Below the pieces are notes generated by a model. The model saw only the letters and a list, made by a program, of their open reading frames with translations. It was not told the DNA's origin and searched no databases. 64,000 nt of DNA from Ideonella sp. (lineage in GTDB: Bacteria; Pseudomonadota; Gammaproteobacteria; Burkholderiales; Burkholderiaceae_C), in NCBI GenBank assembly GCA_016702655.1, contig JADJDO010000020.1, positions 43,627-107,626 of the forward strand, written 5' to 3'. A program made the position numbers and the translations under genes. This document shows, in pieces, positions 30,501-37,875 of this stretch; the stretch's first letter is position 1, and every line of letters starts with the position of its first letter.

Positions 30501-31232
30501 TTGACCATGTCCACTGCACTTCAGCAAGCCCGCCGCCGGCCACGCACGCTCGCGCTCGAACTCGTCGAGTCGTTCGGCGACCGCATTCGCGACGGCCGCA
30601 TCGCCCCCGGCGACAAGCTGCCCACCGAGGCGGCGATCATGCGCGAGTTCGGTGTCAGCCGGACCGTCGTTCGCGAGGCCTTGTCCAAGCTGCAGGCCTC
30701 GGGGCTGGTCGAGACGCGCCACGGCATCGGCACCTTTGCCGTCGGCTTCGGCGATGCGGCGGCGTTCCGGATCGCGCCCGAGCAGCTGTCCACGCTGCGC
30801 GACGTGATCGACGTGCTCGAACTGCGCATCGGCGTCGAGACCGAGGCCGCGGCGCTCGCGGCCCGGCGCCGCACGGACAAGAACCTCTCCGATCTGCGCA
30901 CCGCGCTCGATGCCTTCGCGGCCGCGGTCGAGGAGGGGCGCGAGGCGATCGGGCCCGACTTCCAGTTCCACCTCGAGGTGGCACGCGCAACCCAGAACGC
31001 GCACTTCGCGGAACTGATGGCCACGCTCGGCACGATGATCATCCCGCGTGCCCGCCTCGATACGCCCGCCGCGCCGACGCCCGAGCGCATCGAGTATCTG
31101 CGGCGCGTGAACGGCGAGCACGAGAGCATCTTCGATGCGATCGCCGGCCGCGATGCCGAAGGCGCGCGCGCTGCAATGCGTACCCACTTGGCGAACAGCC
31201 GCGAGCGGCGGCGGCGGGCGGCGAGTGCCTGA
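30501..31232 (+). CDS. GntR/FadR-family transcriptional regulator
   Basis: N-terminal GntR wHTH (LPTEAAIMREFGVSRTVVREALSKLQASGLVETRHGIGTFA) plus an FCD domain. Confidence 0.9.
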   Translation: MTMSTALQQARRRPRTLALELVESFGDRIRDGRIAPGDKLPTEAAIMREFGVSRTVVREALSKLQASGLVETRHGIGTFAVGFGDAAAFRIAPEQLSTLRDVIDVLELRIGVETEAAALAARRRTDKNLSDLRTALDAFAAAVEEGREAIGPDFQFHLEVARATQNAHFAELMATLGTMIIPRARLDTPAAPTPERIEYLRRVNGEHESIFDAIAGRDAEGARAAMRTHLANSRERRRRAASA

Positions 31233-31269
31233 GGGCCGGTACACGCCTAGCGGCAAGCTGCGTCGGGGC

Positions 31270-31309
31270 TTGACAGGTTCGATCACAGTTGTATGATGAC
31301 CGACAACTG
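31270..31309 (+). promoter_or_regulatory. Near-consensus sigma70-type promoter overlapped by an inverted repeat, upstream of the Bug-gudD-garL-garR genes
   Basis: TTGACA (31270-31275), a 16-nt spacer, then TATGAT (31292-31297). Inverted repeat CAGTTGT-N10-ACAACTG (31286-31309) covers the -10 element. Confidence 0.5.
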
Positions 31310-31366
31310 ATCTGTTGCTGCTTCCTGCACAACCATCTCCTCAATCAATTCATCGCTGGAGACCGC

Positions 31367-32350
31367 ATGTACCGCCGCCAAAGCCTCGTCCTCGCCGCCG
31401 CTGCCCTCGCCACCGCGACGCTGCCGGTCGCCTTCGCCCAGCCGGCCGCGTGGCCCGCAGAAAGGCCGGTCACGATGGTCGTGCCTTTCCCGCCCGGAGG
31501 CAGCACCGACCAGATCGCGCGCACGCTTGCGCCCAAGCTGCAGGAGAAACTCGGCGGCAGCTTCATCATCGACAACAAGCCGGGTGCAACCGGGACCATC
31601 GGCGCGGGCATCGTCAAGCGCGCCGCGCCGGATGGCTACACGCTGTTCGTCTCGTCGCTCGGGCCGTTCGTGATCGCGCCGCACCTGATCAAGAACGTGC
31701 CCTACGACCCGGGCAAGGACTTCGACCTGCTGACGGTCGCGGTGCAGGCGCCCAACGTGCTCGTCGTGCCGGCGGCTTCGCCGGTGAAGAGCGTCGGCGA
31801 ACTCGTCGCCAGGCTCCAGGCACAACCCGGCAAGATGACCTTCGCTTCGTCGGGCAATGGCTCGTCCGACCACCTGACGGCCGAGCTGTTCTGGTTGCAG
31901 ACCGGCACGAGCGGCATCCACGTGCCCTACAAGGGCGGCGGGCCGGCGATGAGCGACCTGCTCGGCGGCCAGGTCGATGCCTCGTTCCAGAACATCAATT
32001 CCGTGGTCCCGCATGTGAAGACCGGCAAGCTGCGCGCGCTCGCCGTCACGAGCGCCAAGCGCTCGACGCTGCTGCCCGAGGTGCCGACGCTCGGCGAGGC
32101 CGGTGTCAAGGGCGTGGACGTCTACTCGTGGCAGGCGGTCGCCGCGCCCAGGGGGCTGCCGGCGGACCTGAAGGCCAAGCTGCACGCGGCCATCGTCGCC
32201 TCGCTCAACGACCCCGCCGTCAAGGCCAAGCTGGAGGCGGTCGGCTTCGAGATCGTCGCCAACACGCCGGAGCAGTTCGCGCAGTACCAGGCGTCCGAAT
32301 TCGCGCGCTGGAAGTCGCTGATCGAGTCGCGCAAGATCACCGCCGATTGA
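31367..32350 (+). CDS. Bug-family (TctC-like) tripartite tricarboxylate transporter substrate-binding protein
   Basis: Signal peptide plus the hallmark PFPPGGSTDQIAR...IDNKPGATG motif. No tctA/tctB genes are adjacent. Confidence 0.9.
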   Translation: MYRRQSLVLAAAALATATLPVAFAQPAAWPAERPVTMVVPFPPGGSTDQIARTLAPKLQEKLGGSFIIDNKPGATGTIGAGIVKRAAPDGYTLFVSSLGPFVIAPHLIKNVPYDPGKDFDLLTVAVQAPNVLVVPAASPVKSVGELVARLQAQPGKMTFASSGNGSSDHLTAELFWLQTGTSGIHVPYKGGGPAMSDLLGGQVDASFQNINSVVPHVKTGKLRALAVTSAKRSTLLPEVPTLGEAGVKGVDVYSWQAVAAPRGLPADLKAKLHAAIVASLNDPAVKAKLEAVGFEIVANTPEQFAQYQASEFARWKSLIESRKITAD

Positions 32351-32357
32351 GATGACT

Positions 32358-32497
32358 GCCCCAAGCTCACTGCGTTGGCTGCGGCCGGCGCTTCGCGCCT
32401 TCACATCGCTTCGCGATATGAGCCTGCGCCGCAACCTTCGGTTGTCGCTGCCCCCAACATGGCGCTCAACCGGCTTGGGGCGGCCCGGCGCCGGCTG
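32358..32497. repeat. Degenerate member of the REP-like family
   Basis: Shares the 5' word CCCCAAGCTCACTGCGTTGGCTGC with 47085 and the 3' box CCGGCTTGGGGCGGCCCGGCGCCGGCTGA with 21717-21747. Confidence 0.6.
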
Positions 32498-32514
32498 AGA
32501 ACAGGGCGAACGCC

Positions 32515-33846
32515 GTGTCCGAATCCACCCCCGTCGTGACTGTGCTGCGCGCGATTCCCGTCGCCGGGCGCGACAGCATGCTGCTCAACCTCTCAGGCGC
32601 GCATGGCCCGTTCTTCACGCGCAATTTGCTGATCCTGACCGACAGCGCGGGCCGTACCGGCGTCGGCGAAGTGCCGGGCGGCGAGAAGATCCGCCAGACG
32701 CTCGAGGATGCGCGCGATCTCGTCGTCGGCAAACGCATCGGCAACGCGCAGCAGGTGCTGCGAGGGCTGCAGCAGCAGTTTGCCGAGCGCGACACCGGCG
32801 GGCGCGGGCTGCAGACCTTCGACCTGCGCACGACCATCCATGCGGTGACGGCGGTCGAGAGCGCGCTGCTCGACCTGCTGGGACAGCACCTCGGCGTGCC
32901 CGTGGCGGCGCTGCTGGGCGAAGGCCAGCAGCGCGACTCGGTCCAGATGCTCGGCTATCTTTTCTTCGTCGGCGACCGGCGCCGGGCTGCGCTGCCCTAT
33001 GTCGAGGATCCAGGCGCCGACAACGATTGGTTTCGCCTGCGCCACGAGGCCGCGCTGACGCCCGAGGCGGTGGTGCACCTGGCCGAGGCGGCGCGCGAGC
33101 GCTACGGCTTCGACGACTTCAAGTTGAAGGGCGGCGTGCTCGCAGGCGATGCCGAGGTCGATGCGGTGACTGCGCTGCACGAGCGCTTTCCGCGCTCGCG
33201 CGTCACGCTCGACCCGAACGGCGGCTGGCTGCTGAAGGACGCGATCCGCCTGGGCGAGCGCATGCGCGGCATCGTCGCCTACGCCGAGGACCCATGCGGC
33301 GCCGAAGAGGGTTTCTCGGGGCGCGAGGTGATGGCCGAGTTCCGCCGCGCGACCGGCCTGCCGACGGCGACCAACATGATCGCGACCGACTGGCGCCAGC
33401 TCTCGCATGCGCTGGCGCTGCAGGCGGTAGACATTCCGCTCGCGGACCCGCATTTCTGGACCATGGCCGGCAGCGTGCGCGTGGCGCAGACCTGCCGCGA
33501 CTGGGGCCTGACCTGGGGCTCGCACAGCAACAACCACTTCGACGTCTCGCTCGCGATGTTCACCCATGTCGGCGCCGCCGCGCCGGGGCGCGTGACGGCG
33601 ATCGACACGCACTGGATCTGGCAGGACGGCCAGCGCCTGACGCGTGAGCCGCTGCAGATCGTCGGCGGCCGGGTGCAGGTGCCCAAGCGGCCCGGGCTCG
33701 GCGTCGAGCTCGACATGGTCGAGGTCGAGCGCGCGCACCGCCTCTACCTCGAGCAGGGCCTCGGCGCGCGCGACGACGCGGCCGCGATGCAGTCGCTGAT
33801 TCCCGGTTGGCGCTTCGATCCGAAGCGGCCCTGCCTCGTGCGTTGA
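32515..33846 (+). CDS. gudD: Glucarate dehydratase (enolase superfamily)
   Basis: 443 aa with GTG start. [30 protein letters not shown] and [15 protein letters not shown] match GudD. Confidence 0.9.
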   Translation: MSESTPVVTVLRAIPVAGRDSMLLNLSGAHGPFFTRNLLILTDSAGRTGVGEVPGGEKIRQTLEDARDLVVGKRIGNAQQVLRGLQQQFAERDTGGRGLQTFDLRTTIHAVTAVESALLDLLGQHLGVPVAALLGEGQQRDSVQMLGYLFFVGDRRRAALPYVEDPGADNDWFRLRHEAALTPEAVVHLAEAARERYGFDDFKLKGGVLAGDAEVDAVTALHERFPRSRVTLDPNGGWLLKDAIRLGERMRGIVAYAEDPCGAEEGFSGREVMAEFRRATGLPTATNMIATDWRQLSHALALQAVDIPLADPHFWTMAGSVRVAQTCRDWGLTWGSHSNNHFDVSLAMFTHVGAAAPGRVTAIDTHWIWQDGQRLTREPLQIVGGRVQVPKRPGLGVELDMVEVERAHRLYLEQGLGARDDAAAMQSLIPGWRFDPKRPCLVR

Positions 33847-33873
33847 ACCAAGCTTGCAGCCAAAGGATTCGTG

Positions 33874-34635
33874 ATGAGAGAAAACCGACTGCGCACGCTG
33901 TGGCGCGACGACCGGGCGGCGATCAACGGCTGGCTCGCCATCCCCGACGGCTTTGCCGCCGAGACCATGGCCCACCAGGGCTGGGACACGCTGACGATCG
34001 ACATGCAGCATGGCGTGGTCGATTACCCGGCGATGGTGCGCATGCTGCAGGCGATCTCGACCACGCCGACGGTGCCGATCGTGCGCGTGCCCTGGCTCGA
34101 GCCCGGCATCGTGATGAAGACGCTCGACGCGGGCGCCTACGGCGTGATCTGCCCGATGGTCAACACGCGCGAGGACGCGCAGAAACTCGTCGCGTGGACG
34201 AACTACGCGCCCCGCGGCACGCGCAGCTTCGGCCCGGTGCGCGCGCTGCTCTATGGTGGCGCCGACTATCCCGCTGCGGCCGACGACACCATCGTGCGCT
34301 TCGCGATGATCGAGACCGCGCAGGCGCTCGACAACCTCGACGCGATCCTCTCGGTCGAGGGGCTGGACGCGATCTACATCGGCCCGTCGGATCTGTCGCT
34401 CGCGCTCGGCTGCAGGCCGGTGTTCGACGACGTCGATCCGCCGGTCGCGCAGGCGATCGCGCATATCCTGGAGCGCGCCAAGGCGCACGGCGTGCAGGCC
34501 GGCGTGCACAACGGGCGTCCCGATGTCGCGCAGGCGCGGGTGGCAATGGGCTTTCGCTTCGTCACCGTGGGCTCCGACGCGCGGCTGCTCGCCGCCGGGT
34601 CGCAGCAGATCCTCGCGGCGATGCGCCAGGCCTGA
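33874..34635 (+). CDS. garL: HpcH/HpaI-family aldolase, probable 5-keto-4-deoxy-glucarate (2-dehydro-3-deoxyglucarate) aldolase
   Basis: Class II aldolase pattern (TIDMQHG, RVPW, ETA.AL.NLD.I..V.G.D...IGP.DLS) in a gudD/garR context. ATG at 33874 lies 6 nt after AAAGGA; an alternative GTG is at 33871. Confidence 0.8.
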   Translation: MRENRLRTLWRDDRAAINGWLAIPDGFAAETMAHQGWDTLTIDMQHGVVDYPAMVRMLQAISTTPTVPIVRVPWLEPGIVMKTLDAGAYGVICPMVNTREDAQKLVAWTNYAPRGTRSFGPVRALLYGGADYPAAADDTIVRFAMIETAQALDNLDAILSVEGLDAIYIGPSDLSLALGCRPVFDDVDPPVAQAIAHILERAKAHGVQAGVHNGRPDVAQARVAMGFRFVTVGSDARLLAAGSQQILAAMRQA

Positions 34636-34664
34636 ACAACGACAGACGCAAGGAGGACGACTGC

Positions 34665-35552
34665 ATGAACATCGGCTTCATCGGCCTGGGCATCATGGGC
34701 GCGCCGATGGCGGGCCATCTGCGCAAGGCCGGGCACGAACTCTTCGTCGCCACGCGCGGCAAGGCCCCGGCCGAACTCGTCGCCGCCGGCTCAACCGTCT
34801 GCGCCAGCGCCAAGGCGGTGGCCGAGCGCGCCGACATCGTCTTCACGATGGTCCCCGACACTCCCGACGTGGCGGCCGTGCTCTTCGGCGACAACGGCGT
34901 TGCCCAGGGCCTGAGCGCGGGCAAGACCGTCGTCGACATGAGCTCCATCTCCCCGATCGAGACCAAGGCCTTCGCCGGGAGGATCAACGACCTCGGCTGC
35001 GACTACCTCGACGCCCCGGTCTCGGGCGGCGAAGTCGGCGCCAAGGCGGCGAGCCTGACGATCATGGTCGGCGGCCCCGAAGCCGCGTTCGAGCGCGTCA
35101 GGCCGCTCTTTGAGCTGATGGGCAAGAACATCACCCTCGTCGGAGCCAACGGCGACGGCCAGACGACCAAGGTCGCGAACCAGATCATCGTTGCGCTCAA
35201 CATCGCCGCGGTGGGCGAAGCGCTCGTCTTCGCGAGCAAGGCCGGCGCCGACCCGGCCAAGGTGCGCCAGGCGCTGATGGGCGGGTTTGCGGCCAGCCGC
35301 ATCCTCGAAGTGCACGGCGAGCGCATGGTCAAGCGCACCTTTGCGCCGGGATTCCGGATCGGGCTGCACCAGAAAGACCTCGCGCTGGCGCTAACCAGTG
35401 CGCGCACGCTTGGCGTGGCGCTACCGCAGACCGCCGGTGCGGCGCAGCTGATGCAGGCCTGCGCGGCCAACGGCATGCAGGAGCTCGACCACTCGGCGCT
35501 GGTGCGCTCGCTCGAGCTGATGGCCAATCACCAGGTGATGCCCGACCGCTGA
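34665..35552 (+). CDS. garR: 2-hydroxy-3-oxopropionate reductase, near-identical paralog of the gene at 20516
   Basis: Same family as glxR. Its position after garL matches the E. coli garPLRK logic. Confidence 0.9.
   Translation: MNIGFIGLGIMGAPMAGHLRKAGHELFVATRGKAPAELVAAGSTVCASAKAVAERADIVFTMVPDTPDVAAVLFGDNGVAQGLSAGKTVVDMSSISPIETKAFAGRINDLGCDYLDAPVSGGEVGAKAASLTIMVGGPEAAFERVRPLFELMGKNITLVGANGDGQTTKVANQIIVALNIAAVGEALVFASKAGADPAKVRQALMGGFAASRILEVHGERMVKRTFAPGFRIGLHQKDLALALTSARTLGVALPQTAGAAQLMQACAANGMQELDHSALVRSLELMANHQVMPDR
34672..35552. repeat. Direct repeat (copy 2) of 20535..21415
   Basis: See copy 1. Confidence 0.9.
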
Positions 35553-35555
35553 ACC

Positions 35556-36116
35556 CTATCCGCCGCGCTTTCGGGCGGTATCCACACCGCGCCGCTGCGC
35601 CATCTCCCGCCCCATCGCCGCGTGATCGGGGTGCAGCCGGGCTGCGGCGGGGAAGACGAGCCCGTCCTCGAGCTCGAGGTGGCCGTCGTGGACCGAGATG
35701 AAGCGCTCGGCAGCGGCGGCTAGCGCGGCGTCGTCGTCGCAGCGCGCCGCCTCCGCGACCGGCAGCAGCAGCGGCCGCAGGCTTTGCCACGCGGCGCGGA
35801 TCGCTTCATGATCCTGCAACAGGCGGCTGGCCGCGGCGACCAGCGTCGGATCCGCACTGGCGGCCAGCAGCGGGACCACGTGGCGCTCCTCGTCCTCGTG
35901 ATGTGCCGGCGCGGCAAGGTCGAAATAGCGCAGCACGTCGCGTGCCGCTGCCTGCGCCTTGGCGTCGGCGCCTTCGCTCGCCACGCGATCGGCAAGGCGC
36001 TTGAGCAGGGTCAGCGATCGGCGGACGCGGTCGTGGCAGCCGGCGAGCAGTTCGAAGGGCTCGTCGAAGCCGGCCGCCGGCCCGTGCATGCCCGGTAGCG
36101 TGATCGGGATTGACAT
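35556..36116 (-). CDS. Hemerythrin-like domain protein
   Basis: 186 aa starting MSIPITLPG. Contains H-x-x-x-E / HHEDEERH metal-ligand patterns (CHDRV..., APAHHEDEERHV, VHDGHLELED). Confidence 0.75.
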   Translation of the reverse strand: MSIPITLPGMHGPAAGFDEPFELLAGCHDRVRRSLTLLKRLADRVASEGADAKAQAAARDVLRYFDLAAPAHHEDEERHVVPLLAASADPTLVAAASRLLQDHEAIRAAWQSLRPLLLPVAEAARCDDDAALAAAAERFISVHDGHLELEDGLVFPAAARLHPDHAAMGREMAQRRGVDTARKRGG

Positions 36117-36159
36117 TCGGCATTCTCCCGCAAGCCCACTGAGGCCCTGCCGAGGGTCA

Positions 36160-36173
36160 TTGATCTGGCGCAA
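36160..36173. promoter_or_regulatory. FNR/CRP-like half-degenerate box
   Basis: TTGAT-CTGG-CGCAA versus the TTGAT-N4-ATCAA consensus, in the hemerythrin/Crp-Fnr divergent region. Confidence 0.35.
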
Positions 36174-36275
36174 AACGCGGCCCGGGGTGGCGAGCGAAAG
36201 TGCGCTTCAGCGGCCGGGAGTCGGCCGCGCCATGCCCGAACTTCACCGCCGCGCGCGCCTGAGCAACTAACGACT

Positions 36276-37046
36276 ATGAGTGCAGAGACAGTGAACATGG
36301 TCATCACCCGGCCGCCGCGCCTTCCGCAGCCGCCGCGCGGGGTCGGTGTGGCGATCGAGGCGCGTTCCGGCGTGCGCTGGGCCGACCTGCTGGGTGCGCC
36401 GGCACCGACGCGCGCCGAGTGCGAGGCGCTCGACGAGCTCGTCCAGACGCGCTGCGTCTCGCCCGGGCAGGCGGTTTTCACGCATGGCGAAGACGCGCGC
36501 AGCCTCGTCGTGCTGATCTCCGGCGACGTCGCGATGGGCCTGGCCACCACGGGCGGGTCGATGCGCACCGAGCGCCTGGTGCGCGGCACGGCCTGGCTCG
36601 ACGCGAGTTCGGCCTGGCTTGCGAGTGCGCATGTGCTCGACGCGGTTGCGCTGACGCCGGTGAAGGTGGCCGAACTGCCGCGCGGCCCGTTGCAGACGCT
36701 GCTCGACCAGCGCCCCGCCCTGGCGCGACGGCTGCTCGTCAGCCTGGCGGGCGAGGTGCGGCGCCTGACGGTGCATGCCCACGAGCTGATGCACAAGGAT
36801 GCGCCGGCGCGACTCGCCACCTGGCTGCACGCCCATTGCCAGCCGGAAGACGATGCACCATCGACCAACCAGGCCGTGGTGCGCCTCGTCGAGCGCAAGA
36901 GCGATGTCGCCTCGCAACTCGGCATGACGCCCGAGACCCTGTCGCGCCTGATGCGCACGCTCTCCGACCAGGGTGTGATCGAGGTCGAAGGCTATACGGT
37001 GCAGGTGCGCGACCTCGCGGCGTTGCGGCGGTTGGCCGAGAGCTAA
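36276..37046 (+). CDS. Crp/Fnr-family transcriptional regulator (no N-terminal Cys cluster evident)
   Basis: cNMP-binding-like fold plus C-terminal HTH (RKSDVASQLGMTPETLSRLMRTLSDQGVI). The exact start is uncertain. Confidence 0.8.
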   Translation: MSAETVNMVITRPPRLPQPPRGVGVAIEARSGVRWADLLGAPAPTRAECEALDELVQTRCVSPGQAVFTHGEDARSLVVLISGDVAMGLATTGGSMRTERLVRGTAWLDASSAWLASAHVLDAVALTPVKVAELPRGPLQTLLDQRPALARRLLVSLAGEVRRLTVHAHELMHKDAPARLATWLHAHCQPEDDAPSTNQAVVRLVERKSDVASQLGMTPETLSRLMRTLSDQGVIEVEGYTVQVRDLAALRRLAES

Positions 37047-37057
37047 AGCAGGCTCGC

Positions 37058-37873
37058 TCAGGCGCGTGCCGCCTGCAGCAACTGCGCCACCACCCCCAGC
37101 GCCAGCACCTCGGGCTGCTTGCCCTGGATGCCTTCGACGCCGATCGGGCAGGTCAGGCGCGCGATCGCGTCTGCTTCGACGCCGCGCTGCTCGAAGCGGT
37201 GGATGAAGCGTTGGCGCTTGGTCTTCGATCCGATCAGCCCCAGGTAGCCGAAATCGCCGCGCCGGAGGATCGCTTCGCTGATGCGCAGGTCGAGGTCGTG
37301 CTCGTGCGTCAGCACGAGGTAGAACGCGCCCGCTGGCGCGACGCGCACCTCGGCCTCGACCGCGTCGACGCAGACCCGGCGGATGTGCGCCGGCCAGGGT
37401 GTGGCTAGCGTCGTCAGCGGCGGGAACTCATCCTCGCGCTCGTCGATCCAGTCCACTTCGACGTCGAGCGTCGCGAGCAGCGTCGCGATCGCGCGGCCGA
37501 CGTGCCCGGCGCCGTAGAGCTGCAGGTGAAAAAGCGGCGCCGGCTCGGGCCAGCGCGCGAGCACGGCCGCGTCGAGCACCTCATAGGCTAGTGTCACCGC
37601 GCCGCCGCAGCACTGGCCGAGCGCCGGGCCGAGCGGGAAGTGCTCGCAGCGCGCTGCGGGCTCGCCCGACTCGAGCATCGCACGCGCGGCGGCGATGGCC
37701 CTGAGTTCGAGGTGCCCGCCGCCGATCGTGCCGACGCAGCGCCCGCCGAGCACGAGCATGCGCGTCCCCGCGTCGCGCGGCGCCGAGCCGAGTGACTGCT
37801 GCACCTCGACGACGATCGCGGCCTCGCCGGCCGCGAGCGCCTGCTCGGCGGCCGCGCGCGTGCGGCGGTCCAC
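37058..37873 (-). CDS. xdhC: Xanthine dehydrogenase accessory protein
   Basis: XdhC pattern (GSAPRDAGTRMLV, GTIGGGHLE, LYGAGHVGRA, THEHDLDL, IGSKTKR). Tentative GTG start 2 nt after the xdhB stop. Confidence 0.85.
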   Translation of the reverse strand: MDRRTRAAAEQALAAGEAAIVVEVQQSLGSAPRDAGTRMLVLGGRCVGTIGGGHLELRAIAAARAMLESGEPAARCEHFPLGPALGQCCGGAVTLAYEVLDAAVLARWPEPAPLFHLQLYGAGHVGRAIATLLATLDVEVDWIDEREDEFPPLTTLATPWPAHIRRVCVDAVEAEVRVAPAGAFYLVLTHEHDLDLRISEAILRRGDFGYLGLIGSKTKRQRFIHRFEQRGVEADAIARLTCPIGVEGIQGKQPEVLALGVVAQLLQAARA

Positions 37874-37875
37874 GC

